Shown piece after piece: positions 1 to 9,667 of a stretch of 64,000 nucleotides of DNA; within the stretch, counting starts at the first letter, position 1; every line of letters begins with the position of its first letter. Source of the DNA: Alphaproteobacteria bacterium (GTDB taxonomy: Bacteria > Pseudomonadota > Alphaproteobacteria > JBKEAR01). The notes beneath the pieces were generated by a model that was not told the origin of the DNA, did not search any database, and saw only the letters and a program-made list of their open reading frames with translations. Both the position numbers and the translations under genes were made by a program. The stretch spans positions 166,422 to 230,421 of the forward strand of contig JBKEAR010000003.1 in assembly GCA_047972425.1 (NCBI GenBank), in the 5' to 3' direction.

Positions 1-254
1 TCTCCGGCAAAAGGAACATTATCTTTCGGAACAGATAAAAAAACCATACCTATAAATTCATTACTTTTCTTTGTTGTTATAGCAAATGCATACGGTTTTT
101 TTCGAAAATTATTCCAATAAATAGTGTCTTCTTCTAAATTGCATATGTTCGGGAAATAACGCATTACATCTTTATCCATGTTCATTTCATGAAAGAAGCT
201 TTCATCGGCATCGATTAATGGTCGCAAAGTTAAACGGTTTGTATGAATAATCAT
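1..254 (-). CDS. GNAT-family N-acetyltransferase (RimJ/RimL-like), 5' part only; runs off window start
   Basis: Minus-strand translation from ATG at 252-254: MIIHTNRLTLRPLIDADESFFHEMNMDKDVMRYFPN..., typical GNAT/RimL N-terminus. GGAGGG SD lies upstream. Not in ORF track because it is truncated by the window edge. Confidence 0.5.
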   Translation of the reverse strand, partial: MIIHTNRLTLRPLIDADESFFHEMNMDKDVMRYFPNICNLEEDTIYWNNFRKKPYAFAITTKKSNEFIGMVFLSVPKDNVPFAG

Positions 255-267
255 CTTTCCCTCCAAA

Positions 268-300
268 TAAAAAGCTCCCCAAAAGGGGAGCCTTTAGCAA
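268..300 (-). terminator. Rho-independent terminator downstream of rpsU
   Basis: Hairpin AGCTCCCC-aaaa-GGGGAGC flanked by an A run on + (a T run on the - strand), immediately 3' of rpsU. Confidence 0.5.
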
Positions 301-320
301 ACTAGTGTAAACGTTAATGC

Positions 321-524
321 TTAGAAACCTTCACGTTCTACGCGTTTACGTTCAAGCTTACGGGCACGACGAACAGCTTCTGATTTCTCACGAGCTTTCT
401 TTTCCGAAGGCTTTTCAAAATGACGACGAAGCTTCATTTCTCTAAAAATGCCCTCACGTTGCATTTTCTTTTTAAGAACTTTTAAAGCTTGGTCTACATT
501 ATTATCACGTACGCTAACTTCCAC
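321..524 (-). CDS. rpsU: 30S ribosomal protein S21
   Basis: 67 aa [47 protein letters not shown]... is a near-canonical S21 sequence. Confidence 0.92.
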   Translation of the reverse strand: MEVSVRDNNVDQALKVLKKKMQREGIFREMKLRRHFEKPSEKKAREKSEAVRRARKLERKRVEREGF

Positions 525-734
525 GAGTTATCGCCACCTTTCAAATTTAAGATTTGTATATGAAAATCATATACATAAATATTCAGCATTATTGCTAAGG
601 TGCTTAATATAACATGAATATTTAATATTGCAAGATGGAATCATCAAACAAGGTTATTCTCTTTTAAAAACTTATCGACAAAAGTTATAAAGCCATATAT
701 CTTGTTATATATAAAATATATTTGGAGGATAGCA

Positions 735-1130
735 ATGATTGACCATATAAGCAGCTATACAACCGATTATGAAAATGCCAAAAATTTTTACGAAAAAACC
801 TTTGCCCAATTGGGTTATATGTTGCAAGTAGAGCTTGTTGCCGAATGGAATACGGATTTCCCAACCCAAAGAATGTGTGCATTTGGTATAGATAAACCAA
901 CATTTTGGCTGATTGAAACAAATGAAGCTGCAACACCAAGGCATATTGCTTTTATTGCAAAAACCCGTGCAGATGTTGATGCTTATTATAAAGAGGCCAT
1001 GGCAATAGGTGCAAAAGATAATGGTGCGCCGGGTTTGCGCCCCCATTATCACGAAAATTATTATGGGGCATTTGTATTTGACCCCGATGGAAATAATGTA
1101 GAGGCTGTCTGCCATTGTCCGAATGGTTAA
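735..1130 (+). CDS. VOC/glyoxalase-bleomycin resistance family protein
   Basis: 131 aa from the internal ATG at 735, preceded by GGAGGAT SD at 724-730. The ORF is open from 702. Small VOC-fold-like protein. Confidence 0.6.
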   Translation: MIDHISSYTTDYENAKNFYEKTFAQLGYMLQVELVAEWNTDFPTQRMCAFGIDKPTFWLIETNEAATPRHIAFIAKTRADVDAYYKEAMAIGAKDNGAPGLRPHYHENYYGAFVFDPDGNNVEAVCHCPNG

Positions 1131-1363
1131 ATATTGCTTAATTTTTATGCAACAAAGAGGGAGTATATAATAAATAGCGATAGATATACGCAAAAATTAT
1201 GGTTCGATTGAAATATATACGGCTTTAATAAAAATTAATAAATAATCGAGTACAAAAAACTCGACAATCGCTATAATTCTCGGTATGTTTTTACCGAATT
1301 TAACAATAACGAGTATGCATCTTTATAACAAGATGTTTTTACGTTTAATAATCAGATTATGGG

Positions 1364-2473
1364 ATGACACATATGTCAACAAAAATTAAAAAAATTGGTG
1401 TTTTAACTTCGGGCGGTGATTGTGCAGGCCTTAATGCGGCTATTCGTGCCGTTGCTTACAGAGGTATTGTTGGTTATGGCTGGGATGTTTATGGTATTTA
1501 CGAAGGTACAATGGGCTTAATGGATCGCCCACCCCATGTAGAAAAATTTACACATAAAGAACTCGTATTGCAAAACCCCGATCTCTTACGTATGGGCGGA
1601 ACATTTTTGGGGACAGTTAACAAAGGTGATCCATTTGCTTATCCAATGGCGGATGGTACAAAAAAAGACCGCTCGGGTGAAATTGTTGATGGTTTTCGTG
1701 AGCTTGGTTTAGATGCCCTTGTGGTTATCGGTGGCGATGGTTCTATGCGTATTGTTAATCGCCTTTGCCAACAAGGTGGTATTAGCATGGTGGGTATACC
1801 GAAAACAATCGATAATGACGTTGCCGGTACTGAATTTGCGATTGGTTATATGACGGCTTTACGTAAAGCGGTAGAAGCTATTGATGACCTTCAGCCCACA
1901 GCGCGTTCTCACCGCCGGGTGATGGTATTAGAGGTTATGGGGCGCGATGCAGGGCATATTGCTCTGAATGCGGGTATTGCTGGTGGTGCCGATGCTATTC
2001 TTATCCCAGAAATTAAATATGATATGGATAAGGTGGCTCAAAAAATTAATAATGTGATTAAAATGGGGCGTAACCACTCAATTGTTGTGGTGTCCGAGGC
2101 CGTACAACCCAAAAAAGGTGGCTCTAAAATCATGCAAGAAATGGCCGATGGTGAAAAACGCTATGGTGGTGTAGGTAACCTGATTGGTGCACAAATTGCA
2201 GAGATGACGGGTGCCGAAGTTCGGGTAACCAACTTAGGCCATATTCAGCGTGGTGGTACACCGGGTGCGATGGATCGCCAAATGGCAACAGCTTTTGGTG
2301 TGCATGCGGTTGATGCTATTGCCGCAGGCCGTACAGGTGTTATGATGGCATGGCAACACAGAGATATTGCTGAGGTTAGTTTAGATTATGTAACATCTAA
2401 TTATAGCTCGGTCGATTTAAATGGTGCCATGGTTCGGACAGCCCGCGGTATGGGAATTGCCCTTGGTGATTAA
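1364..2473 (+). CDS. pfk: 6-phosphofructokinase (has Lys in PKTIDND, so possibly PPi-dependent type)
   Basis: GVLTSGGDCAGLNAAIRAV, VVIGGDGSM, IPKTIDNDV and MGRDAGHIAL motifs of the PFK-A family. Alternative start at 1373 (MSTKIKK). Confidence 0.85.
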   Translation: MTHMSTKIKKIGVLTSGGDCAGLNAAIRAVAYRGIVGYGWDVYGIYEGTMGLMDRPPHVEKFTHKELVLQNPDLLRMGGTFLGTVNKGDPFAYPMADGTKKDRSGEIVDGFRELGLDALVVIGGDGSMRIVNRLCQQGGISMVGIPKTIDNDVAGTEFAIGYMTALRKAVEAIDDLQPTARSHRRVMVLEVMGRDAGHIALNAGIAGGADAILIPEIKYDMDKVAQKINNVIKMGRNHSIVVVSEAVQPKKGGSKIMQEMADGEKRYGGVGNLIGAQIAEMTGAEVRVTNLGHIQRGGTPGAMDRQMATAFGVHAVDAIAAGRTGVMMAWQHRDIAEVSLDYVTSNYSSVDLNGAMVRTARGMGIALGD

Positions 2474-2504
2474 AGCATCAAAATAAATTGATATAAAAAA
2501 TAAT

Positions 2505-2537
2505 AAGCCCTATACTTTTAGTTAGGGCTTTTATTTT
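2505..2537 (+). terminator. Rho-independent terminator after pfk
   Basis: AAGCCCTA-N10-TAGGGCTT hairpin followed by TTTTATTTT. Confidence 0.5.
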
Positions 2538-2603
2538 AACGAATATAGCGCAACATTTACTAAAAATAATCACTATAAAGTACGGTGGTTACATGAGGGC
2601 AAT

Positions 2604-3473
2604 ATGGAAAAAAAATATTTAAGATATAAGGTTGATGGCTCAAAAAAAATAAGCTTAAAAGGTTTTGAGACACGCGATAAAGGGTCTTATGACAATAAAG
2701 AAGAAGGGCTTAAAAAACTTGAGGAAAATAAACTTGAAATCATAGAGTTGCAAAATAAACTATATGCACAAAATGAATATGCTTTGCTTATTATCTTTCA
2801 GGCTTTAGATGCCGCCGGAAAAGATAGCGCCATTAAGCATGTTATGAGTGGTGTTAACCCGCAGGGTTTCCAAGTATATAGTTTTAAAGCACCATCGAAT
2901 GAAGAGCTAGAGCATGGTTATTTATGGCGAACCTCTAAGGCGCTACCAGAGCGTGGGCGCATTGGTATTTTTAATCGTTCATATTACGAAGATGTTTTGG
3001 TGGTAAAGGTTAATAATTTAATTAAAAATCAAAATCTCCCCAAAGATAGACATTATGATGATATATGGCTTAAAAGATATCGGCAGATTAGTGAGCATGA
3101 AAGATATTTATTCGAAAATGCAACGATACCGATAAAGTTTTTTTTAAATGTTTCTAAAGATGAGCAAAAAGAAAGATTTATTGCCAGAATAGATAATCCT
3201 TCAAAAAATTGGAAGTTTGCAAAAGCTGATATTGATACAAGGGCATATTGGAATGATTATCAGGATGCTTATGAGACTGCTATTAATCATACAGCAACAA
3301 AAGATGCCCCTTGGTATGTTATCCCCGCTGATAGAAAATGGTACGCAAGGTTATTAATATCAGAGATTATTTTAGATGAGATGAAGAAACTTAATTTACA
3401 ATATCCGCGGCTGAACCAAAAAGAGATAGAGGCTCTTCAAGGCTATAAAATACAACTATTAGATGAAAAGTAA
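2604..3473 (+). CDS. Polyphosphate kinase 2 (PPK2) family polyphosphate:nucleotide phosphotransferase
   Basis: Walker A-like FQALDAAGKDSAI and NRSYYEDVLVVKV motifs characteristic of PPK2. Confidence 0.8.
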   Translation: MEKKYLRYKVDGSKKISLKGFETRDKGSYDNKEEGLKKLEENKLEIIELQNKLYAQNEYALLIIFQALDAAGKDSAIKHVMSGVNPQGFQVYSFKAPSNEELEHGYLWRTSKALPERGRIGIFNRSYYEDVLVVKVNNLIKNQNLPKDRHYDDIWLKRYRQISEHERYLFENATIPIKFFLNVSKDEQKERFIARIDNPSKNWKFAKADIDTRAYWNDYQDAYETAINHTATKDAPWYVIPADRKWYARLLISEIILDEMKKLNLQYPRLNQKEIEALQGYKIQLLDEK

Positions 3474-3688
3474 ATTAGTTAATAGGCAGGCTTTAAGCCT
3501 TTTGCAGTATTGTAAGGTAAATGAGATATGGGCTATTGCCGTGAACTCACAAATTTGCCATTAAAAAATTTTTATAAAATGAGTTAACAAAAAAATAATA
3601 TTGCTATCAAATTTTTACGATAATTCTGGAATACAAGATAGGTTTTTGTTATACTAGAATTGTAATAATTAGAAAAGGAGACCTATCA

Positions 3689-3856
3689 ATGAGTCAGTTA
3701 GATCGTATTGCAGAGTTAAAAGCCCTTCATCAAGCATTAGATGCACAAATACAAAATGCTTTTGACGAAGGAGCAGACGACGTAACCATGGCTAGACTTA
3801 AAAAAGAGAAACTCCGTATAAAAGACGAAATTGCTGATTTAGAAGCTTCGGTCTAA
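3689..3856 (+). CDS. DUF465 (YdcH-like) small coiled-coil protein
   Basis: 55-aa ORF MSQLDRIAELKALHQALDAQIQNAFDEGADDVTMARLKKEKLRIKDEIADLEASV with AAAAGGAG SD 8 nt upstream. Below the 60-aa cutoff of the ORF track. Confidence 0.6.
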   Translation: MSQLDRIAELKALHQALDAQIQNAFDEGADDVTMARLKKEKLRIKDEIADLEASV

Positions 3857-3861
3857 AAATT

Positions 3862-3893
3862 AAAAGCCTGCATCGCTGATGCAGGCTTTATTC
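3862..3893. terminator. Bidirectional rho-independent terminator between convergent DUF465 and DUF1013 genes
   Basis: AGCCTGCATC-gctg-GATGCAGGCT perfect 10-bp stem with A run before and T run after. Confidence 0.6.
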
Positions 3894-3922
3894 ATATGCG
3901 TGTTTAGAAACCCAATGTTTAA

Positions 3923-4468
3923 TTAGGCTTGGCTTTTGCCGTCATGTTGTCTTTTTTGGGCAACAACCACTGCTTTTTCCAATTCGCTTTCTTTGCATAA
4001 ATCAAGCAAAACCGGGTTTTTAGGAGTAATATTTTCGCTATTCCAATGGGTTTTATCGCGCACAGCATTAATTGTTGGGCGTGTTGTACCAATAAGGCGT
4101 GAAATTTGCGAGTCCGAGAGCTCCGGATAAACTTTAATGAGCCAAGCAATGGCATTGGGTTTATCGGCACGGCGGGCAACAGGTGTATATTTTGTTTTTT
4201 GCTTTGTGATCTTCTCAAAATCTTCGCTATGAGGTGCAGCCTCTAACACATGGCTATGGTCGGCTTCGCCCTTAGTAATTTCTTCTTTGGTTAATTCACC
4301 TTGCAATACAGGGTTTAAACCTTGCATAGAGCTTGCCACTTCGTCATCAGCAATGGCTTTAATTTCTAAGGCATGTAAGCCGGTAAAATCGGCAATCTGT
4401 TTAAAAGATAACCCAGTATTTTCAACAAGCCAAACAGCCGTGGCTTTCGGCATAAGCGGTTTACGCAT
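3923..4468 (-). CDS. DUF1013 domain protein conserved in Alphaproteobacteria
   Basis: 181 aa with N-terminus MRKPLMPKATAVWLVENTGLSFKQIADFTGLH typical of DUF1013. Confidence 0.55.
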   Translation of the reverse strand: MRKPLMPKATAVWLVENTGLSFKQIADFTGLHALEIKAIADDEVASSMQGLNPVLQGELTKEEITKGEADHSHVLEAAPHSEDFEKITKQKTKYTPVARRADKPNAIAWLIKVYPELSDSQISRLIGTTRPTINAVRDKTHWNSENITPKNPVLLDLCKESELEKAVVVAQKRQHDGKSQA

Positions 4469-4526
4469 TTTATTTTCCCTTTAAATTATTTTATGAGAAT
4501 TTATTAATGGCATTAGTTATACTGGT

Positions 4527-5495
4527 TTATTCAACCTTCGTCAAATATTCCGGCCAAATAGCAACAATTTTTCCTTTATGTTGGTTACTTTCCATATATT
4601 GATGCGCATTTTCAATATCAGATGCCTTAAAATATTTATCAATAATAGGTATAATCTCTCGGGCTTCAATAGCTTGCATTAAATATTTTTGGATTGATTG
4701 AGCAATCTCGGCTTTTTCTTCGGTACTTCGAGAACGTAAGGTTGAACCTGTAATGATAAGGCGTTTGAGCATAATAGGCATAAAGTTAAGCTCAATATTG
4801 GCACCCAGCATATAGTTTATATTAATTAATCGCCCCTTAGGTTTTAGGGTGGCAATATTGCGCTCCATATAACCGCCACCAAGCATATCTAAAATATAAT
4901 CTGCACCACCAAAGGCTTTTTTTGTTATTGCCACAAAATCTTGTGTTTCTCTATTGATAACAAGGTCAGCACCGAGCTGCTGGCAAAAATCTATCTTATT
5001 TCCTGCACATGTTGTAATCACTTTACATTGCCAATATTTTGCAATTTGTATGGCGATGCTCCCAATACCGGAGCTACCAGCATGTATAAGTACTATAGCA
5101 CCTTTGGGTAAATGATTGTCCACATATAAATTGGCCCAAACCGTAAATAATGTTTCGGGTAAGGCAGCGGCCTCGGCAAAAGATAGCGATTGTGGCTTAG
5201 GCAAACAATGGCGGGTATCTACACATACATATTCGGCATAACCACCACCATGGGTGAGTGCCATAACAGCATCACCTTTTTTAAATGAGGATGAGGAGGG
5301 GGCATGTTCAACAATACCGGCAACTTCTAAACCTAAAATCGGGCTAGCATCTTTTGGTGCCGGATATTGACCTTTACGTTGATAAATATCTGGCCGATTA
5401 ATCCCAAATGCACATATACGAATGAGAAACTCATTATCCTTAGGAATAGGTTTTTGCGTTTCTTTTAATTGTAGTTCATGGTCAATATAATACAT
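4527..5495 (-). CDS. qor: NAD(P)H:quinone oxidoreductase, zinc-type alcohol dehydrogenase (MDR) superfamily
   Basis: 322 aa with a GSSGIGSIAIQIAK Rossmann motif. MDR-family architecture. Confidence 0.75.
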   Translation of the reverse strand: MYYIDHELQLKETQKPIPKDNEFLIRICAFGINRPDIYQRKGQYPAPKDASPILGLEVAGIVEHAPSSSSFKKGDAVMALTHGGGYAEYVCVDTRHCLPKPQSLSFAEAAALPETLFTVWANLYVDNHLPKGAIVLIHAGSSGIGSIAIQIAKYWQCKVITTCAGNKIDFCQQLGADLVINRETQDFVAITKKAFGGADYILDMLGGGYMERNIATLKPKGRLININYMLGANIELNFMPIMLKRLIITGSTLRSRSTEEKAEIAQSIQKYLMQAIEAREIIPIIDKYFKASDIENAHQYMESNQHKGKIVAIWPEYLTKVE

Positions 5496-5596
5496 GTTAA
5501 CTTCTCAATTTATCTATGGCGCTCTCTTTGTATTTTAAAATAAAAAAAGAGTAACCACAATGATTACTCTTTTATCAAAATTATTAGAATATCAGG

Positions 5597-6061
5597 CTAA
5601 GCAACAGCGTGATCTTCAATCAGCTTTTCTTCGGTTTGTTGGTCAGAAATTTGGATTTGTTTGGGTTTTAAAATCTCTGGCACTTCACGCTCTAACTCAA
5701 TATTCAAAAGACCATTTTCAAGCGATGCTTTTTTCACTTTTATATGACTAGCGAGGTTAAAACGGCGCTCAAAGGAGCGGCTCGCAATACCACGATGCAC
5801 CCAACGGCGCTCAGTATCGTCGGCACTTATATTATTGGTTGCTTTAATGCGTAATAAGCCTTGTTCTTCGGTAATTTCAATATCGTCTTTAGTAAAACCG
5901 GCAACGGCTAAGGTAATTGCCCAACTATTTTCATCGGTTTCTTCAATATTATATGGCGGATAGCCAGCATTGCGCTCACCGGTGGCTGTGGCATCTAATA
6001 ATCTGAATAAACGGTCGAAACCAACAGAATAGCGCGAGAATGGAAAATCTAAATTATTCAT
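5597..6061 (-). CDS. Hsp20/alpha-crystallin family small heat-shock protein
   Basis: MNNLDFPFSRYSVGFDRLF... with the alpha-crystallin domain GLLRIKATNN...VKKASLENGLLNIEL. AAGGAG SD precedes the internal ATG at 6061. The ORF is open to 6085. Confidence 0.8.
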   Translation of the reverse strand: MNNLDFPFSRYSVGFDRLFRLLDATATGERNAGYPPYNIEETDENSWAITLAVAGFTKDDIEITEEQGLLRIKATNNISADDTERRWVHRGIASRSFERRFNLASHIKVKKASLENGLLNIELEREVPEILKPKQIQISDQQTEEKLIEDHAVA

Positions 6062-6210
6062 AATTTTATGCTCCTTTTTAAGCAAACATTATGTTACCCC
6101 TAATGGGCGTAACGGATTAATATATGTGTAAACTCGAATATTTCGACATTTACAGCTTTCTCTATCCATATAGTCTGCAAAAAAAGCTTTCGCAATAAGT
6201 GAGTTATAAA

Positions 6211-6240
6211 AATAAAAAACCCTGCTAAAAAGCAGGGCTT
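6211..6240 (-). terminator. Rho-independent terminator downstream of rpmE
   Basis: CCCTGCT-aaaaa-AGCAGGG hairpin with a T run on the minus strand. Confidence 0.5.
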
Positions 6241-6264
6241 AATAATAATATCTGATTATTTGGC

Positions 6265-6489
6265 TTATTTAATATCAAAGCCTTTAAAACGCTTACGGAA
6301 GCGGGCCAACTGACCACTATTTTCCATTAAACGTTGAACACCAGTCCAAGCCGGATGAGATTTAGAATCGATGTCTAACTTCATAACATCGCCTTCTTTA
6401 CCCCAAGTTGAACGGGTTGTGTATGTAGAACCATCTGTCATTTGAACAGTGATTTCATGATAATCAGGATGGATATCTTTTTTCATCAT
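6265..6489 (-). CDS. rpmE: 50S ribosomal protein L31
   Basis: [30 protein letters not shown]... matches L31. The true start is probably the second Met at 6486. Confidence 0.88.
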   Translation of the reverse strand: MMKKDIHPDYHEITVQMTDGSTYTTRSTWGKEGDVMKLDIDSKSHPAWTGVQRLMENSGQLARFRKRFKGFDIK

Positions 6490-6636
6490 CGCACTCCAAT
6501 AAATTCTTGAAACAGCTTTATATGCCAGCTTTAAGGAAAATGCAAGAAAAAAGATACTATTGAGCTAATCTAAACTTGCAATATTGGTTATTCGGCTTAA
6601 TATTTAAGAAAAGTAACGTAAAGGAAAAGAAAAGAA

Positions 6637-6924
6637 ATGTCTTTTAATATTGAGTCTGAAAAACTACTTATTGATTTGTTTAATCAGCTTGATGCGCTTT
6701 ATGGCGATGATGCTGATATTGATGAGGATGGAGAAAGTTTAACGATTGAATTTGATAATGGCCAAATATGGTTAATCAATATACAATCGCACCATCAAGA
6801 GGTTTGGCTAAGCTCTCCACTCACTGGGGCACATCATTATAAGCTTATGCAAGATAAATGGCTGAATACAAGAGATGATAGTGAATTACACACGGTTCTA
6901 TTAGCAGAACTTTCCTTGGCCTAA
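6637..6924 (+). CDS. cyaY: Frataxin-like iron-sulfur cluster assembly protein CyaY
   Basis: 95 aa with acidic N-terminal helix DDADIDEDGESLTIEFDNGQIWLIN and WLSSPLTGAHHY, the hallmark CyaY/frataxin motif. Confidence 0.8.
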   Translation: MSFNIESEKLLIDLFNQLDALYGDDADIDEDGESLTIEFDNGQIWLINIQSHHQEVWLSSPLTGAHHYKLMQDKWLNTRDDSELHTVLLAELSLA

Positions 6925-6936
6925 CAGGAGATAATC

Positions 6937-7338
6937 ATGGTAAATAAAGCACGCAATTATGTGAATAAAGATGGATATTCTATTCGCTTTGAATCTGCGC
7001 GGTGTATCCATGCGGCTGAATGTGTAAAAATGCCAGAAGTTTTTAATTTAGAGAATAAACCATGGGCGAATCCCGATAGCGCTGATTTTGATAAAATTGT
7101 TGCGCATATATCCCATTGCCCATCGGGCGCACTTTCGGCATGGGATAAAGATGGTAACCGTTTAGAAGTTGCACAAAAGGGTGTAACCATAACAATGGCC
7201 GAAAATGGTCCGCTACTTGTTAATGGGGAAGTCGAAATAATATCCAATGATGAAAAAGTAATTGAAACTCGGGCAAGTCTTTGCCGTTGCGGAAAATCAG
7301 CCAATAAGCCATATTGCGATGGTAGCCATGCAAAATAA
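6937..7338 (+). CDS. CDGSH iron-sulfur domain protein with N-terminal divergent 4Fe-4S mono-cluster domain
   Basis: C-terminal CRCGKSANKPYCDGSHAK (CDGSH zinc-finger). N-terminal Cys/His pattern (RCIHAAECV ... HCPSGAL). Confidence 0.65.
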   Translation: MVNKARNYVNKDGYSIRFESARCIHAAECVKMPEVFNLENKPWANPDSADFDKIVAHISHCPSGALSAWDKDGNRLEVAQKGVTITMAENGPLLVNGEVEIISNDEKVIETRASLCRCGKSANKPYCDGSHAK

Positions 7339-7339
7339 T

Positions 7340-8014
7340 TTATTGTTCTTGTTGTTTTTGTTTGATTGTGACTAAAATTGTATTTTCTTGCAACATTGCC
7401 GCATTTTCGTTAGAGGTAATAGATACCGATATCTGATTATCGGTAATACCTGCAGCTTTAATATACTGTAAAAATTCATTGGTTTTTGCCGCCATTGCCC
7501 CGGTACTCTCTTGGGGTATTGTAACAAAAACCATATTCTGCCCCCGTTTAGCCGATGCAATAATTTGCTCAGCAATATTTTTATTGTCTTGGCTTAACTC
7601 TTGGGTAGAGTAATCCCATGTGAGTGAAAAGAAAATATCCGTTTGCGTAAACACATTATCTTGTGTGGTATCTTCCGCTATGCCTGCCTGATCACGCTCA
7701 ATAGCAGCACGCAAGGTTGGCTCTAAAGCAGGGCCTGAGCTTAAAATATCATCAGGATTAAGCCCCGTATTGTTATTTTCTCTTTCTTCAACTGGTATAA
7801 ATACGGTTTCATTAATAATGAGTTCACTATTGTCGGGGATATCCGGATATTGTGCCGCTTCTTCAAAAGGGGTCTCATATTTTTTTGTTGGTAAAGAAGA
7901 CTTAGGGCCTTGCAGCCATACTTCCTCTTTAAGGCTGGGCACCAAAAGGGAGGAAGCATAGCTGTGAGCTGCTATGCAGAGTAAGAGGGGGGCGATGATT
8001 ATTTTCAGTTTCAT
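7340..8014 (-). CDS. Exported protein of unknown function (signal peptide)
   Basis: MKLKIIIAPLLLCIAAHSYASS signal peptide. AGGGA SD 5 nt upstream of the ATG at 8014. The ORF is open to 8032. No family recognised. Confidence 0.45.
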   Translation of the reverse strand: MKLKIIIAPLLLCIAAHSYASSLLVPSLKEEVWLQGPKSSLPTKKYETPFEEAAQYPDIPDNSELIINETVFIPVEERENNNTGLNPDDILSSGPALEPTLRAAIERDQAGIAEDTTQDNVFTQTDIFFSLTWDYSTQELSQDNKNIAEQIIASAKRGQNMVFVTIPQESTGAMAAKTNEFLQYIKAAGITDNQISVSITSNENAAMLQENTILVTIKQKQQEQ

Positions 8015-8031
8015 TGTTTCCCTTATTGCCA

Positions 8032-8847
8032 TTACTCATAATGCGGCAAATTAAGCCCAAACTTTTCTAATATTGTACGCAGCTCGTCATCCATAACACC
8101 ATTTGTGGCAATGACCTGACCTTTATCGAGCATATTTTGCTCTCCATTAAAATCACGAACAAATCCACCAGCCTCTTTGGCTAAAATTAAACCAGCTGCA
8201 ATATCCCATGCTTTAACATTTTCTAAAAATACGCTATCAAATTGTCCCGATGCAAAATAGGCTAATGCTAAAGCCGATGACCCTAAATCGCGCACTTGGC
8301 CACCTAAGCGGGCAAGGATTGTTGCGCGTTTTAATGCACGCTCGCGGTTTTCATGGAACATGCGGGGCATTTCGGTATAATTAAGTGTTTCGCCCAAATT
8401 CTTTTTGCGGCTAACACGCAAACGCCGATTAAGCATCCACGCACCTTGGCCTTTTTCAGCCATCCACATTTGATTTGTAACCGGGTTAAATACCACACCT
8501 GCATAAGGTTGGCCATCACGAACCAAAGCAATAGAAATAGCAAATAAAGGCAAGCCATGCATAAAATTATGGGTACCGTCTATAGGGTCAATTACCCAGT
8601 TATTCGATGTATCATTACCACCAACAATACCACCTTCTTCGAGGATAAAACCATAGTTGGGGCGTGCTTTTTCGAGATGAGAAACAATAATTTCTTCCGA
8701 CATTTTATCGGATTTTGTAACAAAATCTCCCGGCGCTTTAGCCGATATCTGTAGATGCTCTAACTCACCAAAATCGCGTACTAGCTTACGCCCTGCGGCT
8801 TCGGCAGCTTGCACCATAATAGAAATTGTTGTCGATTGAATAGTCAT
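8032..8847 (-). CDS. suhB: Inositol monophosphatase family protein (SuhB)
   Basis: IMPase motifs EEGG, WVIDPIDGTHNF, and AAGLILAKEAGG. Confidence 0.85.
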   Translation of the reverse strand: MTIQSTTISIMVQAAEAAGRKLVRDFGELEHLQISAKAPGDFVTKSDKMSEEIIVSHLEKARPNYGFILEEGGIVGGNDTSNNWVIDPIDGTHNFMHGLPLFAISIALVRDGQPYAGVVFNPVTNQMWMAEKGQGAWMLNRRLRVSRKKNLGETLNYTEMPRMFHENRERALKRATILARLGGQVRDLGSSALALAYFASGQFDSVFLENVKAWDIAAGLILAKEAGGFVRDFNGEQNMLDKGQVIATNGVMDDELRTILEKFGLNLPHYE

Positions 8848-8849
8848 TA

Positions 8850-9419
8850 TTAGTCCTTTGCACGTTCCACATAAGTTTTATCGTCAGTATGCACAACAAT
8901 GCGTGTGCCAGCCTCAATATGGGGTGGAACCATTATCCGAACACCATTTTCTAAAATAGCCGGCTTATAAGAAGATGATGCCGTTTGACCTTTAACAACA
9001 GCATCGGCCTCGACAATTTCAAATGTCATATGGGGGGGTAAAGCCACACCTAAGGGTTCATCTTCAAAAAATTCAATCTGAACTTCGGTGTTTTCCTGTA
9101 AAAACGGAACATTATCTTCGCCAATCATTTCGGCAGTTAAGCCTATTTGGTCGTAAGTTTCGTTATCCATAAAGGTATACATTTCGCCATCATTATAAAG
9201 ATATTGATAGGTTTTCTGATCCAATCTTACACGCTCAACGGTTTCCGAAGAACGAAAACGTTCATTAAGTTTGGTGCCATCGCGAATATCTTTGAGTTCA
9301 ACTTGTAAATAAGCACCACCTTTACCGGGCTGGGTATGGGCAATTTTTATGGCTTTCCATAAACGATCATTATGTTGAATAACATTACCGGGGCGGATTG
9401 CATTTCCGTTAATTTTCAT
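8850..9419 (-). CDS. efp: Elongation factor P
   Basis: 189 aa. The KPGKGGAY-like loop (TQPGKGGAYLQVELKD) and overall EF-P sequence. Confidence 0.93.
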   Translation of the reverse strand: MKINGNAIRPGNVIQHNDRLWKAIKIAHTQPGKGGAYLQVELKDIRDGTKLNERFRSSETVERVRLDQKTYQYLYNDGEMYTFMDNETYDQIGLTAEMIGEDNVPFLQENTEVQIEFFEDEPLGVALPPHMTFEIVEADAVVKGQTASSSYKPAILENGVRIMVPPHIEAGTRIVVHTDDKTYVERAKD

Positions 9420-9600
9420 AGTTAAATAGGCTCCTAAATATATACAATATTAGCATCAGTATTAGCATGAATTCTAAAAAAAATAAACTGCTATTTATCC
9501 AAAACATACGCTTTTTCTAAGGTATAACCTTATACTAATTTTTATAACACAGTAAGGTGATATTTTTAATATATATATAATAAATAGCAAATGAGTATCA

Positions 9601-9634
9601 AAAATAAAAAAGGGAGATATTTAAAATATCTCCC
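9601..9634 (-). terminator. Rho-independent terminator downstream of gap
   Basis: GGGAGATAT-ttaaa-ATATCTCCC perfect hairpin with a T run on the minus strand. Confidence 0.55.
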
Positions 9635-9667
9635 TAATTGTTTTACTAACTAACCTTTAATTAATGC

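Noticed and set aside
685-1193. Minus-strand ORFs 685-939 and 705-1193 overlapping the glyoxalase gene
   Set aside because: Antisense to a well-supported + strand CDS. Products are composition-biased with no recognisable domain.
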